Source: Tubiluchus corallicola (taxonomy: Eukaryota > Animalia > Priapulida). From it: a stretch of 64,000 bases of DNA. Each line of letters begins with the position of its first letter. Positions within the stretch are counted from its first letter, which is position 1. The stretch lies in NCBI GenBank assembly GCA_030141605.1, contig JAQGDQ010000892.1:19251-83250 (forward strand). The letters run 5' to 3'. This document shows, in pieces, positions 37,853-52,244 of this stretch. Both the position numbers and the translations under genes were made by a program. The notes under the pieces are model-generated. The model worked only from the letters and a program-made list of their open reading frames with translations, was not told where the DNA came from and searched no databases.

Positions 37853-38279
37853 CGTAAACTGCACAACAGACGATGTAGGCGGTGTTGTGCAGGAAAAAAA
37901 TTGGTTGCCATAGAGTTCAGGGTTGCCTAGCAACAGCCTGAAACTTCTAAAATTCGTACTTTTCTGGCTTCGATATCTACCTTCTTCAATTTCTGACATG
38001 CTGAAGACGAAAGTGCCTCGCATAGGTGTTAAATCGATTTATGTCATTTTTGTCTGCAAGAGATAATTGTGATTAATGAACGAAAGCAATTAATTTTCAA
38101 AAAAAAGCAAAAATTCTGAAGTTATTCATAGTTAGTGATGGCAAACGACTGAAACGAGATGGAAATTTCATTTTTATTGATTTTTTTAATGATCTAGATG
38201 ATATCTGAAGATATCTTGTCAAGTTTTATAATTATGACGTCACAACGTGACAGTGGAGTATTGTTACTGATGGTGGTAG

Positions 38280-38730
38280 GTGGGTTATCGTAGTTGTGGT
38301 TGCAGTTGTTGTTGCTGCTGCTGCTGTAGCTGTTGTTGTAGCTGTTGTCGTTGCTGTTGTTGTTGTTATTGTAGTGTTATCATTGTCGTTGCCGCTGTTG
38401 TGGTTGTTGTTGCTGTAGTTGCTGTAGCTGTTGTTGTCGCTGTTGTTGTTGTTGTTGCCATCATCGATGTTGCTGTTATTGTCGTTGTCGTTATTGTTGT
38501 CATTGTTTTTGCTGCTGCTGTAGCTGTTCTTGACGTTATTGTTGTTGTTATCGTTGTCTTGTCGCTGTTGTTGTTGTTGCTGCTGCTGTAGCTGTTGTTG
38601 TCGCTGTTGTTCTCGATGTTGCCATCATCAATGTCCTTGTCATTGTCGTTGTCGTCATAGTTGTCAATGTTTTTGCTGCTGCTGTAGCTGTCGTTGTCGT
38701 TAGTGTTGTCGTCATCGTCGCCATCATTAT
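38280..38730. repeat. (GTT)n/(GCT)n degenerate tract
   Basis: Direct reading. Confidence 0.9.
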
Positions 38731-39076
38731 AGCCGTCGTACCACCGTCAGCCCAACTGTTTTATTTATCTTTACGTAATACCAATCCTCAAACAAATGTG
38801 ACAAAGGATATACAGACTCCACAGCATGAAAACGCTAGAATACTAGACACTCCGTAAATTGCTATGCCTAATAGCATGTTGATAATGGTAATAATAACGA
38901 AGTTGTAATAGAAAATTTAACAACGTGTAAACTAGGAGTGTAGTAATTTATCGTTCAATTACTGTTATCATTCCGATAGTTTACTGCTGGGAGAAACGCG
39001 ACAGTAAATCTTCAACTTCTCGTTTTTATGAAATTAACAGTTTCGTTGTGCGCACGAGCAGTTGCTGTAGGTCAAA

Positions 39077-39580
39077 CAGGGCCGTAGTCGGCTTTTGAAA
39101 AGTGGTCCGGCCACAGATACGGAACAGGTAGAAGAAGAATACAGCAGCAACATATAGAAGAGTATATTATAATTTATAATACAGAGTTATAATATAATAG
39201 AGCACTACACATACTCAATGATGACATGATTGATTAAAACTTCCCAAACACACATCTGCGCCGCTCATTTCTAGCAGTAAACTCGTTCGCAATTTCCTTC
39301 AGGTCGAGAGCGTCTGTTCTATCCATATGTACATGCAAAGTCATGAGATTGTTCAGTCTAGTTTGAGTCATCGTACTCCGCAAATAAGTTTTTACTCTAC
39401 GCAGGGCTGAGAATGTCCTTTCACTTGTAGAATTTGTAGCCGGGAATCACTAGTGGTGTCCTGACAAGAATCACAATTTCGGAATAGATTGATCGCATCG
39501 CAGGTTTGAGTTCACGGAAATAACCGAATATATCCGACAGACTGACTGATTCACCTTGCTGATTTAGGCTGATTTGGAAC
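39077..39580 (-). mobile_element. hAT transposon end with frameshifted transposase C-terminus (dimerisation domain)
   Basis: Minus strand 39580-39234 reads ...SIYSEIVILVRTPLVIP(+1 nt)ATNSTSERTFSALRRVKTYLRSTMTQTRLNNLMTLHVH...LDLKEIANEF...FGKF*; TIR-like cagggccgtag at 39077. Confidence 0.88.
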
Positions 39581-40261
39581 CGGTGCTATATCCATGATAG
39601 ATGAATTCATATTCTGTTTGCTGATTGGATATAATTTCTGTTTGCTGATTGGATATAATAATGAAGTCTAAACCAAAACTGCTTATTTTAGCATCGAATA
39701 GAAACGATTTATGGGCTTTACTAGGCACGTATGGCAGAAAAAGTCTTAACTATGAGACTGCTAACTGCGGTTACGCATTGACGCTAATCACTTAGTGCCT
39801 TGAGCTGCCACCTGGCGGGAAAATTTACATCAAAGCCATGTAAGATTCTGGAAAAGAAACCAGTTATAGAACTATGAAGTCTTTGCAGCACTAAAAGTTA
39901 TTTGAGTGGCAAAGGGATGCTGCTATCGTACACTTAATACCTCGAGCTGCCACCAGGGGGACGTATGTTTTATCTGATCTAAAACACCTTCATACATATT
40001 CCTTACGTCGACCTATTAAGGTCTATATATAAACATCTATAATAATAGCAAGCAATTACCTTGACAGTGTGCTTTCAAAGGTTTCCGCGCTTGTTTTCCG
40101 CATCACTATACCGTCTATAAGTAACTATAGACACAACATATAGGGTAAAATCAACTAGCTGTCATCTGCTACAAGACTTCACTCCTGCTAGGAAAATCTG
40201 ATCTGTAATCACTCACTTGTCTTCAGTAACGGTCAAGGTGACATTGGCATATTGCACAAAA

Positions 40262-40640
40262 AACCTTTTTCACAGTTTCGTTGTGCGCACGCGCAGTTGC
40301 TGTAAGTCAACGGTCAAGTGTGCCACACCAGTGTGTCTAAACAACAACCATCACGTGACATGTGTATATAGCAAAGCCGTTTGCTGCATCTGTTCAGTAA
40401 CATCAGTTGTTTTACGCGGACTTTGCTTAATAATGCATTAGTCTGTTCGTAGAGTGATTTACTAGCTGGTTCTTGCTTGGGAATAAGAAAAAATGACCTA
40501 GGTAAGTTCTAGGTAGCTGTTAAAACGGTGACTAATAGAATAGCGTAGGCTGCGAGGCGTTGTCAAGTGTACACAAATGTATTGTCTGGTACACTCAACC
40601 TTTGACCTTTTCACGATTATCATCATTTGGTGGGACGGTA
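40262..40640 (+). mobile_element. Family C MITE
   Basis: Collinear with 61814-62197. Confidence 0.8.
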
Positions 40641-41497
40641 TTCGTTTTGTGATTTTTGTGATTAAAGGAAAGATCAAGTCGTCTAGGAGGGTAGGCTTAT
40701 TTCAATGTTTGCGAAGAATGTTAGAAGGATTTAGTAATAAAACTGCAATAAGCGCCTCGTGTAACCAATAAAATCATTTTATAGTCGCGAGCACCTCATG
40801 CTTGGACGCTCGGCCGTTCTTCTTCCAATGACGTCATTCGTCTTGAAGAAGAGTAGCGCCACTGTCGACCTTCGTCAAAAGTATAATTAGTTTTTACAAA
40901 ACAAATTGAATACCTTATTAGCAGCATAATTTATAATATTTTTGCGTGAACATTAAGTAAGCTGCAGAAATTTGAACTAGTTTAGCCAGTGTGCTCTTAC
41001 GGAAAGCCACGACTCGCTTACGAAAAGTCCCGGAGTCTCACAGTTTGTTATCCTTTTCAAGTGAATGGCGGCATCCACTGCACCTGAAAATTCCTATTGA
41101 GACGTGGTTTAAATTTAAATTTATGCTTTATAGGCAGTTCTTTGTAAATTTCTTTGTTATAATTTTCCAAGTTTGAGTGATTACTGTAAAATAAACCTAA
41201 CATGCTAAATGACTTGCCTTTTGCTTTAAATATGAGAGGTCTATGAGTGATATGGAAGTGATGATAAAGAGGATGCTTTCAGGACACTGGCCACTGGTTC
41301 CTTAACGCAGACAGTTTTTCTTAGTATTCTGCTACTTCTCATTGTCTTATCCTGAAGTTGGTCATTTCCCTCGGACGTCTTACCTGTGGAACTCTCTAGA
41401 AGATTTGCTTTTCTGAAAACAATCTAATCCGAACACCAACAACATCAACAGATACGCTACCGCTGGCTGGCAAATTAGCTGTACAAAATGTTTTATA

Positions 41498-41992
41498 CAG
41501 GGTGTCCCGTAAGTCTCTACAATATTTTATGTCTTAAAGAAACGAAACACAATGTACAGATGAACTCAAATCTTAGACAATTCGTTTGACCAAGTTAAAC
41601 AAAAGTCTGAAAAGAGCTACTGCACTAGTAGGTTTTGCAAACTTCGCTACCTTGTTTAGGGACACCAAGAGCCCCAGACATCAATCCAATAGCAAGTCTG
41701 ACATATTGCATTGAGAAAGGCCCTCACACCTTATAAGTAGCGAGGTAGCGCTGTATCTTATTGAAAAACTACATTGTCAATAATGAGAGAATGGTGTGGC
41801 CAATGTGATGCTCTGAACCTCATGCCAGGCTGATTTTACTTCATTTCTAACGTTAATCTTGTCGCCATAGCAACGGGGTTCCAGGCACAAATAAATAAAA
41901 GGAATTGTCGCTTTTTGATTCATGTAACTTGTCATATTAGAGAAAATTTAAAAAATAGAAATCAATGGGTATAGGACTTTTGAGACACCCTG
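41498..41992. mobile_element. Tc1/mariner-type MITE, 495 bp
   Basis: TA|cagggtgtcccgtaagtc ... gacttttgagacaccctg|TA. Confidence 0.8.
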
Positions 41993-42099
41993 TATTTTCA
42001 CCCCTTTGTTGTGGCCATTTTCACGGAGTGGACATTGGCTTTATTTTAGGTGAATTGCACGAAACATGAATGTATGGAGCATTTTTAAAAGGCTCAATT

Positions 42100-42480
42100 G
42101 CTCACAGTTCCATCCGATTGATGATGATCGTAAAAAGGTCAAAGGTTAAGTGTACCAGACAACGAATTTGTGTACACTTGGACAACGCCTTTTTGTCCAT
42201 GCTATTGTAATAGCAACCCGTTTTAACAGCTAGCTAGAACCTTACCTAGTTCATTTTTTCTTGTTCTCAAGCAAGATCCTGCTAATAAATCACTCTACGC
42301 ACAGACTAATGCATAACTAAGTAAAGTCCAGGTAAAACAACTAAAGTTACTGAACCGATGCGGTAGACGGCTTTGCTATACACACATGTCACGTGACGGT
42401 TGTAGTTAAGACGCGTTGCTATGGTACACTTAACCTTTGACCTACAGCAACTGCGCGTGCGCACCACGAAACTGTGAAGA
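42100..42480 (-). mobile_element. Family C MITE, inverted
   Basis: Reverse complement of 40262-40640. Confidence 0.8.
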
Positions 42481-42882
42481 ACTATAGGTGTCATACAGAC
42501 GCTCATATTCAATATATTTTACACTCAGAGGCAAACATTTCATTATGAATCCTACTGAACGTCTTTATAGCTTCGCTTTAGCACAAAGTCAAACAACAAT
42601 GGTCATCATATCTCCTGATTTCAATAAAAACCATCCATCATGGTAAAATTGCTGTTTTATATTCCGAAGATGTTCGTTTCACGGAAGCCTTTATATCAGT
42701 GCTTTAGAGTGGCGTCCGCGTCGTTTTTGCAGCTGGTCTAATGGTATCGATTCGACAAAGAGCGGGTCTATTCTCAGCAATTGTCTGACTGTAACGTACA
42801 CACACCGGAAACGGAAGTGAATAAAGACGTCGATTTGACACTGTAGTTAAATCCACAGTGTTATTACAGCATAAAATGTTAA

Positions 42883-43366
42883 AGGAAGATGGACGATTGT
42901 TCAAAACTGGATGATTGTAGACGTTAGTTTAAAATAAAATTTGTTCTAAAATACTGAAAACTACAACAGCTTTTTTTAAATCAAAGCTTAGATATAATAG
43001 AAATTACCTCGGATAGTGAAAATTTGTCACATTGTCACATCCGCGTGGTCGACCAATAGGCGTGGTACCGCGATAAGCATGATCATTAACAACAACATAC
43101 AGCTCATTTTTGTGACATCACACCAGCGTCTTATAGAAATCTTCGCTTGCGCAAACGTGCTTGACGCGAAGGCAAGATGCCTACCATTGCACAAATGTGG
43201 TTAGTTTGTGACGTAAGCAATAGCTGTGTCCGGTTACCGTTAATTAACTTTCCGAGGTAATTATTCAAATACTAGGAACAATTGCTAACTTTTATAATCA
43301 AGAGAATGTATATTTTGGACAGTAAATTAAGATCAGATTTAGTCTAATTAGTCGTCTGGTCTTCCT
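42883..43366. mobile_element. TTAA-flanked Kolobok-like element (family D)
   Basis: ttaa|aggaagatggacga ... tcgtctggtcttcct|ttaa. Confidence 0.6.
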
Positions 43367-43370
43367 TTAA

Positions 43371-43690
43371 TGGAAAACCGAACCCAATCTTAAACTATAC
43401 CTCAAAACGATCTAAGCTTTAAAATAACGAAAATGAAATTATATTGTTTTTTTAAGAATGACTAAAGGGAAAACGTTATTGCGACAAAAAGCTAAGTTTC
43501 GTGTTCATTCCCTGTTACATGCGTCTCGCCCTTTGCTAATAAGACGGGCACTAGCGTGTGGATCTTGGAAACACGTTGCAACAAAACAGGCACTGTGCCT
43601 TGCTTTTCAGATGTGCTTGTTTGTGACGTTGTGCACACGCTTCGAGAGTTCACGAGTGAGCGCAGCAGCAAACCTGGAAATTTGACTTTT
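43371..43690 (+). mobile_element. Family A element, 5' half, degenerate
   Basis: Homologous to 2585-2900; begins directly after TTAA 43367-43370. Confidence 0.6.
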
Positions 43691-43898
43691 GAATGATCAC
43701 CAACATCACTACTACCATCGTCGTCGTCATCATCGTAGTCACGTCTCAATTTCGCTATCACCATTATTATCACCTTTGTTATTAATAAGCTAGGCCATTT
43801 CCACTAATCAAGAAAAATGTGCAGGCTGTCTGCTAAATGATTGAATCTGCAGACAAAGAAAGCGGTCGAACGTGAGTTGTACTGAAACACCCCGTACA

Positions 43899-44287
43899 TT
43901 ATCGTCTGGCGGCGTGAGTGCTATAGGCTTCGTCGCATCACTGCCAGAAAGATCCACAAGTATACAATGTTGACTGCACGGAAAATGCAGTTTTAATAAA
44001 AGTAAGTATCACTCCAATAAGATCGTTTATCGTCTGGCAGCGTGAGTGCTATAGGCTTCGTCGCATCACTGCCAGAAAGATCCACAAGTATACAATGTTG
44101 ACTGCACGGAAAATGCAGTTTTAATAAAAGTAAGTATCACTCCAATAAGATCGTTTATCGTCTGGCAGCGTGAGTGCTATAGGCTTCGTCGCATCACTGC
44201 CAGAAAGATCCACAAGTATACAATGTTGACTGCACGGAAAATGCAGTTTTAATAAAAGTAAGAGTAACTCCAATAAGATCGTTTATC
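43899..44287. repeat. 128-bp tandem repeat x3
   Basis: 'ttatcgtctggc' at 43899, 44027 and 44155; near-identical units. Confidence 0.95.
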
Positions 44288-44577
44288 AGTTACCTGTTCT
44301 GCAGATATTGGGCTGTTTGGTGTCACGCCATCTTGCTCTAATTGCTCACTGGGATTCACTCGTTTGTTAAATTATCCTGAAAAAGACGTGCCCCGCTGTT
44401 TGATGGTCGTCCTTTATATTCATTAGGGAAGTAAGTGGCTTACATCACTGATCGTAAAGCTGAAACGAGTTATTATTGATGTGTGGCGGGGTTTATAAAT
44501 TCAGTCTGAAAGTGTGGCTAAAGTTTGAGGTTCAATGTAACTAGGGAAAAGACTCGTAAACGTGTCAAGTGTAAAAA

Positions 44578-45415
<838 letters not shown>

Positions 45416-45665
45416 CAAGTCAACTCTGAGACTGCGTTTTTCAATTGCCCGTCTACTAATTGACTAGGCTCGACGCTGCTTAACTATAGTGGTTAAGCCC
45501 ACACCGTGACCACTTATCATGAAATTATCAATGATCATGCTGTTATCAGCGTCATTAGTGCTTTCGAGAAAATGGCGGCTATCTTTGTTGCCCTGACAGT
45601 AACTGTTGCCGTAACATTGAGACAATGAGAGATCTCGTGAGACAATACTAAACATTGTTTTCATA

Positions 45666-45959
45666 TAGGGGCGTAGCAAAGCGGGGGTGACAGGGGGCAA
45701 TGCTGAGAGGGTGCAAAGTTTTTCTATAGTTCTGGGGCTGAATGTTCAAGGACTGTCTGTTACGAGCATCTAATGCATAGAAAGAGTTACTCTAGTGCAG
45801 TACTGCATGTCAAACTCAGCATTTAAAAAAATCGTATGTCTTTGTACTGTCGTGTCGAAAAAGCAAATACATTTTGTAGCTTCATCCACGAAAAACATTA
45901 AATTCGTAGGGCGCCACAAGTGTTTCCCCCCGGCGCCACAAGCACTAAATACGCCACTG
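45666..45959. mobile_element. Possible hAT-type MITE
   Basis: taggggcgta ... tacgccactg with G-rich/C-rich subterminal tracts; TSD not convincing. Confidence 0.45.
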
Positions 45960-46613
45960 TTCACAGTGAAATGTTTTTGCAGCCATTACTGTCTTTTGGA
46001 ACAGAAAATTATTTCTTTTCATAAAACGAGAGACACGCTGGCTTCGCGTGAGGTTACCGTATGGTTTCGCTTCTTACAAATTCTTTTTTGTTATTGTTCC
46101 CTCTATGACGTCATGTGGTCATTTAAGCGTGTCGGATAAAACTAGTGCTTTTTAGCGTAACATACCCACGTCCAAAACCATTATCTCAAAACGCGCTGAA
46201 GCCGAATTTTGTTCATAGAATTAGCGTGATGCATGTTGGCTTCCTGGTCACGTGACGACAGCGCAAAGTAACTAGATACGAGATGCGTCGGTTGGATTCC
46301 CGTTATTATGATCTGCTTGACATGTTTATGCTTGTCTGCAAGCGTTTAAGCTTTGACTGATTTCACGTAATGGACGCCGTTAATGAAAGTGCATCAATCA
46401 ATTAGCTACGCCTGGTTAACGTGTCGATATGGTATGAAGATTTATAGCATGTGTAGTAACGCCTAGTACCAACGCGTTAGCTGATTTTTTTGGCTGTCAG
46501 TTAAGCAGCCTGCAACAAATCTTAGAGGTGTGACTATAACATGGGAGTCACATACAGCTGAAAGTAAAGCGATGCTTTACTCGACGCCTGTCCTTTACAT
46601 GTAATTTAATGTA

Positions 46614-47060
46614 CAGTTTGCAAAAGTTTAAGACCAAGCTCGAGTTTTGCGGATTTTCATCATACTGTACCCTGATTGCATCAGATTCTTTGTTGATTGC
46701 ATCATATTGCTAGTGGTTTGAAACAGTACGTTTAATGAGTATGAGTGACTCATTTGCCTGCCGCTATCCATACAGATCGGCCGTTTTTGTAATTTTCTTG
46801 TGATCCAAAAAATGGGCAAAAAAACTAATTTGCAGCATGCCTCTTAGAATGAAGGCAGTGATTGACAACTTCGGCGGACATACAAAGTACTAAAATGTTC
46901 AAGGACTGTGACTATTTTTGAATAAAAACATACAAACTATGCTGTAGTATATTTTTCTAGAAGAATAAATGAATAGTTTTTAGATTGAACCGTGTTAAAC
47001 GATGGTTTCGTCAATTTTCATGAAAATATCACTTTGGTCTTAAACTTTTGCAAATGACTG
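46614..47060 (+). mobile_element. Internally deleted Tc1-like element
   Basis: TA-flanked TIRs cagtttgcaaaagtttaagaccaa / ttggtcttaaacttttgcaaatgactg; Tc1 transposase C-terminus KLICSMPLRMKAVIDNFGGHTKY* at ~46822-46893. Confidence 0.9.
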
Positions 47061-47969
47061 TACGTGCCATATCCTAAGCGTCTGGAGATTCTAAGATCTT
47101 TAGCAGAGAAATGTATGCAAAAAGATTTAGCTTTAAGCTACTTGATTATTCATAGAGATGCTGATGCTGATTCTGACAAATTCTTTACTCGAGTATCTTG
47201 GAATAGAACAAGACAAAATCATTCTCTGAAACTTTTCGTGTGTCGAACAGCTGAAGTGTCATTTTGATCAATTTTTCTCAAATCGAGCTGTACCGATTTG
47301 GAACTCACTGCCTGCGTATGTTGATGGTGCACCCCTCGTAACTGCACAAATTATTTAAAAGCCGCTTATATAAAGTTAAGTTGCATAAATTCCTTGTACA
47401 TAACAGACACATGTGAGCAGTTAATCTCTTTTGTGTCTTTGCCAAACTTTTGGCAAGGTGTTTTATATACATTATTTTATTAGAAACTGTATTTTACTAT
47501 TGTGTGTGAATAAAATAAAACAAATAAATAAAATAATCATGTGAATCGGGGCTAGAGAGTCGGCCAAGCAGGATTTCGAACAGTCGGTTATTCGGTTGTC
47601 TCTGAAAGGTAGACGCAAACCATAAATGTTTCTCTTGAATTATCTTTATCTATCTTTATTTTAGCAGATTTTTCACTTGTGTTTTTTTCGGTTACAAATG
47701 TCTACCTCTTTCTAGACCTTGTCACATCGTAAATATCAATCCGCGCACTGAACACAGCCGAACTACAACCTACAATCTGGCTTCGCAACTTATCGCCTGA
47801 TTCAGTAAAAGCCGCTGAAAATACTCCAAGCTTTTCCTGAATTATAGGAATAAATACTGGAGTAAAGCTCCTATAAATCCTGGATCAACTTGTGTAACAT
47901 GGAATTATGATCAGTAATGCTGCTCGATTCAACCAACTGATTGTAGCAGAGGAAGAGGGAGCTTTGGTT

Positions 47970-48500
<531 letters not shown>

Positions 48501-49009
48501 GCAGTAGCTCAACCTATTGCAAAACAGAAAAATGAACACGTCTAATATCCAACCTCACACTCATGTTGTCATAAGTTCCTAATGCTGGTGTATGGTTTCT
48601 TTACATCCATTTAGATCCACTGAATCTTACGGCAATAAATCTGATATATGAGATGTTACGGATTCATTTCTCTTACTATAATCTGCCAGAAAAGCTCGTG
48701 ACGATCAAATGTTTTTGACAAGAAACCACTTGCAACAGATTCGATAGTCCAAATCTGTCATATTAATTGATTGATAGTGGAGGTTTTTACGAAATGACGT
48801 GTATAATACAGTCGTTGTCACGTGAGCCGGAACCACAGATTACTTGGACTAACTTCAAAAAAGATTTCAGTCAAGTTAAGCTTAGTAAAAGTAATAAAAT
48901 TAGTAAAAGCAGAATTACAGATTAAAACATCTGGTATTTTGTCAGAAATAGAAAAATCTGCATAACAACCGTGGAAAATAGTTTCTTTTGTCCACTCAAT
49001 TTAAAAACG

Positions 49010-49102
49010 CTAACTCTAACCCTACACCTAACCCAACCCTTAGCCTAACCTAACCCTAGTCCTATCTCAACTCTAACTCTAACCCCAACCAAACCTTACC
49101 CT
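49010..49102. repeat. Degenerate (CCCTAA/CCTAA)n telomere-like tract
   Basis: taactctaaccctacacctaacccaacccttagcctaacctaaccctag... Confidence 0.6.
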
Positions 49103-49154
49103 GATTGCCTTCGCGAACTTATTTCTATAGTTTATTGTGTAATTGATCATGTAC

Positions 49155-50075
49155 TCGATTACTTAATTGACTATGTAGGCAATTTTATAGTTGATTACTT
49201 AATTAACTATGTAGGCAATTTTATAGTTGATTATTTATTTGACTATGCAGGCAATTTTATAGTTGATTATTTAATTGACTATGCAGGCAATTTTATAGTT
49301 GATTATTTATTTGACTATGTAGGCAATTTTATAGTTGATTATTTAATTGACTATGTAGGCAATTTTATAGTTGATTATTTATTTGACTATGCAGGCAATT
49401 TTATAGTTGATTATTTATTTGACTATGTAGGCAATTTTATAGTTGATTACTTAATTAACTATGTAGGCAATTTTATAGTTGATTATTTAATTGACTATGT
49501 AGGCAAATTTTTAGTTGATTACTTAATTAACTATGTAGGCAAATTTATAGTTGATTACTTAATTAACTATGTAGGGAATTTTATAGTTGATTATTTAATT
49601 AACTATGTAGGCAATTTTATAGTTGATTATTTAATTGACTATGCAGGCAATTTTATAGTTGATTATTTATTTGACTATTTAGGCAATTTTATAGTTGATT
49701 ATTTAATTGACTATGTAGGCAAATTTATAGTTGATTACGTAATTAACTATGTAGGCAATTTTATAGCTGATTATTTAATTAACTATGTAGGCAATTTTAT
49801 AGTTGATTACTTAATTAGCTATGTAGGCAATTTTATAGTTGATTATTTAATTGACTATGTAGGCAATATTATAGTTGATTATTTAATTGACTATGCAGGC
49901 AATTTTAAAGTTGATTATTTAATTGACTATGTAGGCAATTTTATAGTTGATTATTTATTTGACTATGTAGGCAATTTTATAGTTGATTATTTAATTGACT
50001 ATGTAGGCAATATTATAGTTGATTATTTAATTGACTATGTAGGCAATTTTATAGTTGATTATGCAGCTGATTACT
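49155..50075. repeat. 36-bp minisatellite, ~25 copies
   Basis: Unit ttgactatgtaggcaattttatagttgattatttaa, head-to-tail with point variants. Confidence 0.97.
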
Positions 50076-50289
50076 TAATGTCCATTAATGTGATACTCTC
50101 CTGTTTTATCTTTATTTAATATGAGATCCATTTCTTTTATTTGTGCTTATATTTTAATTTTGACATATTCTACTTCATCTTTGATGTTATCCATACAATA
50201 TCATCAGTATATTTCAGGTCTATGCTGTAGGATATTTCGTTTTATTAGCATAATTGTGTTCTAATTCTATTGCCGACAGTAGTTTTTCT

Positions 50290-50475
50290 GGATTCAGATT
50301 CGAACGCCAATAAATCGTTCACAAAGTTCTTTTCTTGGTAACTATTCCTGTCCATTAATGCTATAGCAAGGTAAAAAGTGTAGAGAACAGGACCCAGGGC
50401 GTCTCCTTGGAGTGTTCCTTTATTTGTGGGAAATGAGTGACTCGGCTTGCCTTCACATCCGACAGTAATTGGAAG
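50290..50475 (-). mobile_element. Non-LTR reverse transcriptase fragment
   Basis: SHSFPTNKGTLQGDALGPVLYTFYL matches the RT motif G..QGD.LSP.LF. Confidence 0.6.
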
Positions 50476-50867
50476 ATCTTTACTAATGTCTTGTCGCATT
50501 TTGCCCTGTTGCATTTTTTGCAAATTCTGCGTCACAGAAATGGCGCGGTAACCAAGGACGCCGTTGCTAGCACATTTGTTTAGCCTGCGACTAAATTATT
50601 GTTTTTGGGAAAAAATGCAAGTCGTGGACAAATTTCATTAGGAAGGAAGCCACGAAATTTAATAAAACTGTATCAAATTTTAAGTTACGGTTAATATCAA
50701 TGACAATATCTTATCAACTCATTAAAAGGCGCACTAACTTTACAAAATTCAGCAAACCACTGACCCAAATCGATCAGATCACGTGATTAGGCGTAAAATC
50801 GTCACGTGGACGAAGCAGACGGCAAGAGAAGGCCAATATACCAAACAATAAGGCCAATTTGTTTTAA

Positions 50868-51457
50868 AACAAAACCGGACTCAATCTTGGTCAAAACAAT
50901 CAACTCTTTACAGCAATGAAAGGGAACATTCTGTTTTTTTCAAAAATGCCTTACGTGAAAGAATTATTATCACACAAACACAATTTCACGTTTTTCGCTG
51001 TTACATGCATTTCGCCATTCGCTAGCTAGACGAGCACTAACGCTTGCATTTCGGAAACGCTTTGCACAAAAAACAGGTGCTGTACCTCTCAGTTCAGATG
51101 CGTTACTTTGTGACGAAGAACACACGTTCGACAGCTCATGCTTGAGCATACCAGTAAGTTTGAATTTTTATCTTAAAGCTTGCTTAGTTTTAGTACAACA
51201 CACTGAATATCTTACAGCAGCACTGTACTTCAATTTTTGCTTTCGCAAACGCAAAGGATAATTTGGGAATAATTCTGCTGTTGAAAATCACGTTAGTTTG
51301 TGAGAACATCAATAGTTGAGCTCGTCCGCCGTTAATTAAGTTTTTAATCTAATATTTAATTATCAGAAACACTTTTGCAGTATTAATTGTGTTAAAATGG
51401 ATACTTTTTACCGGACTTGAAAATGGGGTAGTATATGAAAAATCATCCTGTCTTCCT
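50868..51457 (+). mobile_element. Family A Kolobok-like element
   Basis: Collinear with 2585-3164; ends catcctgtcttcct. Confidence 0.75.
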
Positions 51458-51485
51458 TTATATATGAATACCTTACTTGACAGGA

Positions 51486-51619
51486 TTACTTACTTACTTA
51501 CTTACTTTCTTGCTTGCTTGCTTGCTGACTGGCTGGCTGACTGACTGACTGACTGACTGACTGACTGACTGACTGACTGACCGACCGACCGACCGACCGA
51601 CCGACCGACTTACTTACTT

Positions 51620-51650
<31 letters not shown>

Positions 51651-51755
51651 AACTGACTGACTGACTGACTGACTGACTGACTGACTGACTGACTGACTGA
51701 CTGACTGACTGACTGACTGACTGACTGACTGACTGACTGACTGACCGACTGACTG
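51486..51755. repeat. (TTAC)n/(CTGA)n/(CCGA)n tetranucleotide array
   Basis: Direct reading. Confidence 0.95.
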
Positions 51756-52244
51756 AAAAACCATCCTGTCTTCCTTTAAATAAAGGAAAACTTGATTTTG
51801 CGTCAAATTTGACATTTAAATAAATGCTCTAGTGCTTAAAAGGCCAGATTTAATTCAGGAAATAATTAACATAACTGTTATTAGTTACAGATTTTTGTTC
51901 TCTTAAATACCTGTATCTCCATTATGAATGCTGCTGAGAAGATTTGACCTTGAATCTATCCAGAATGATTTCCTCATTAAAGAAATTCCTAGTGAAATGT
52001 GTGGGTTGATAAATGATCCTGCTGCTTAGATGTAGGACGATTAAATAAGTGATAAATTTTGTCTACATATGGACAGCTTGAGGTGAAATTATCGATCAAT
52101 ATCGATTGAACAAACATTAATAATTGATTGTCTGTCTACTTGTCTGTCAGCAGATCTAGCTTTAGTGCAATTTGAGCGTCTTATTCAAATTTGCCTAATG
52201 CGTAAATAGAGACTTGAGATGCTGAACAGCACTTTCACTTCCTG

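Noticed and set aside
49155-50075. 36-bp repeats resembling a CRISPR repeat length
   Set aside because: Units are contiguous with no unique spacers, no cas genes, and the context is eukaryotic.
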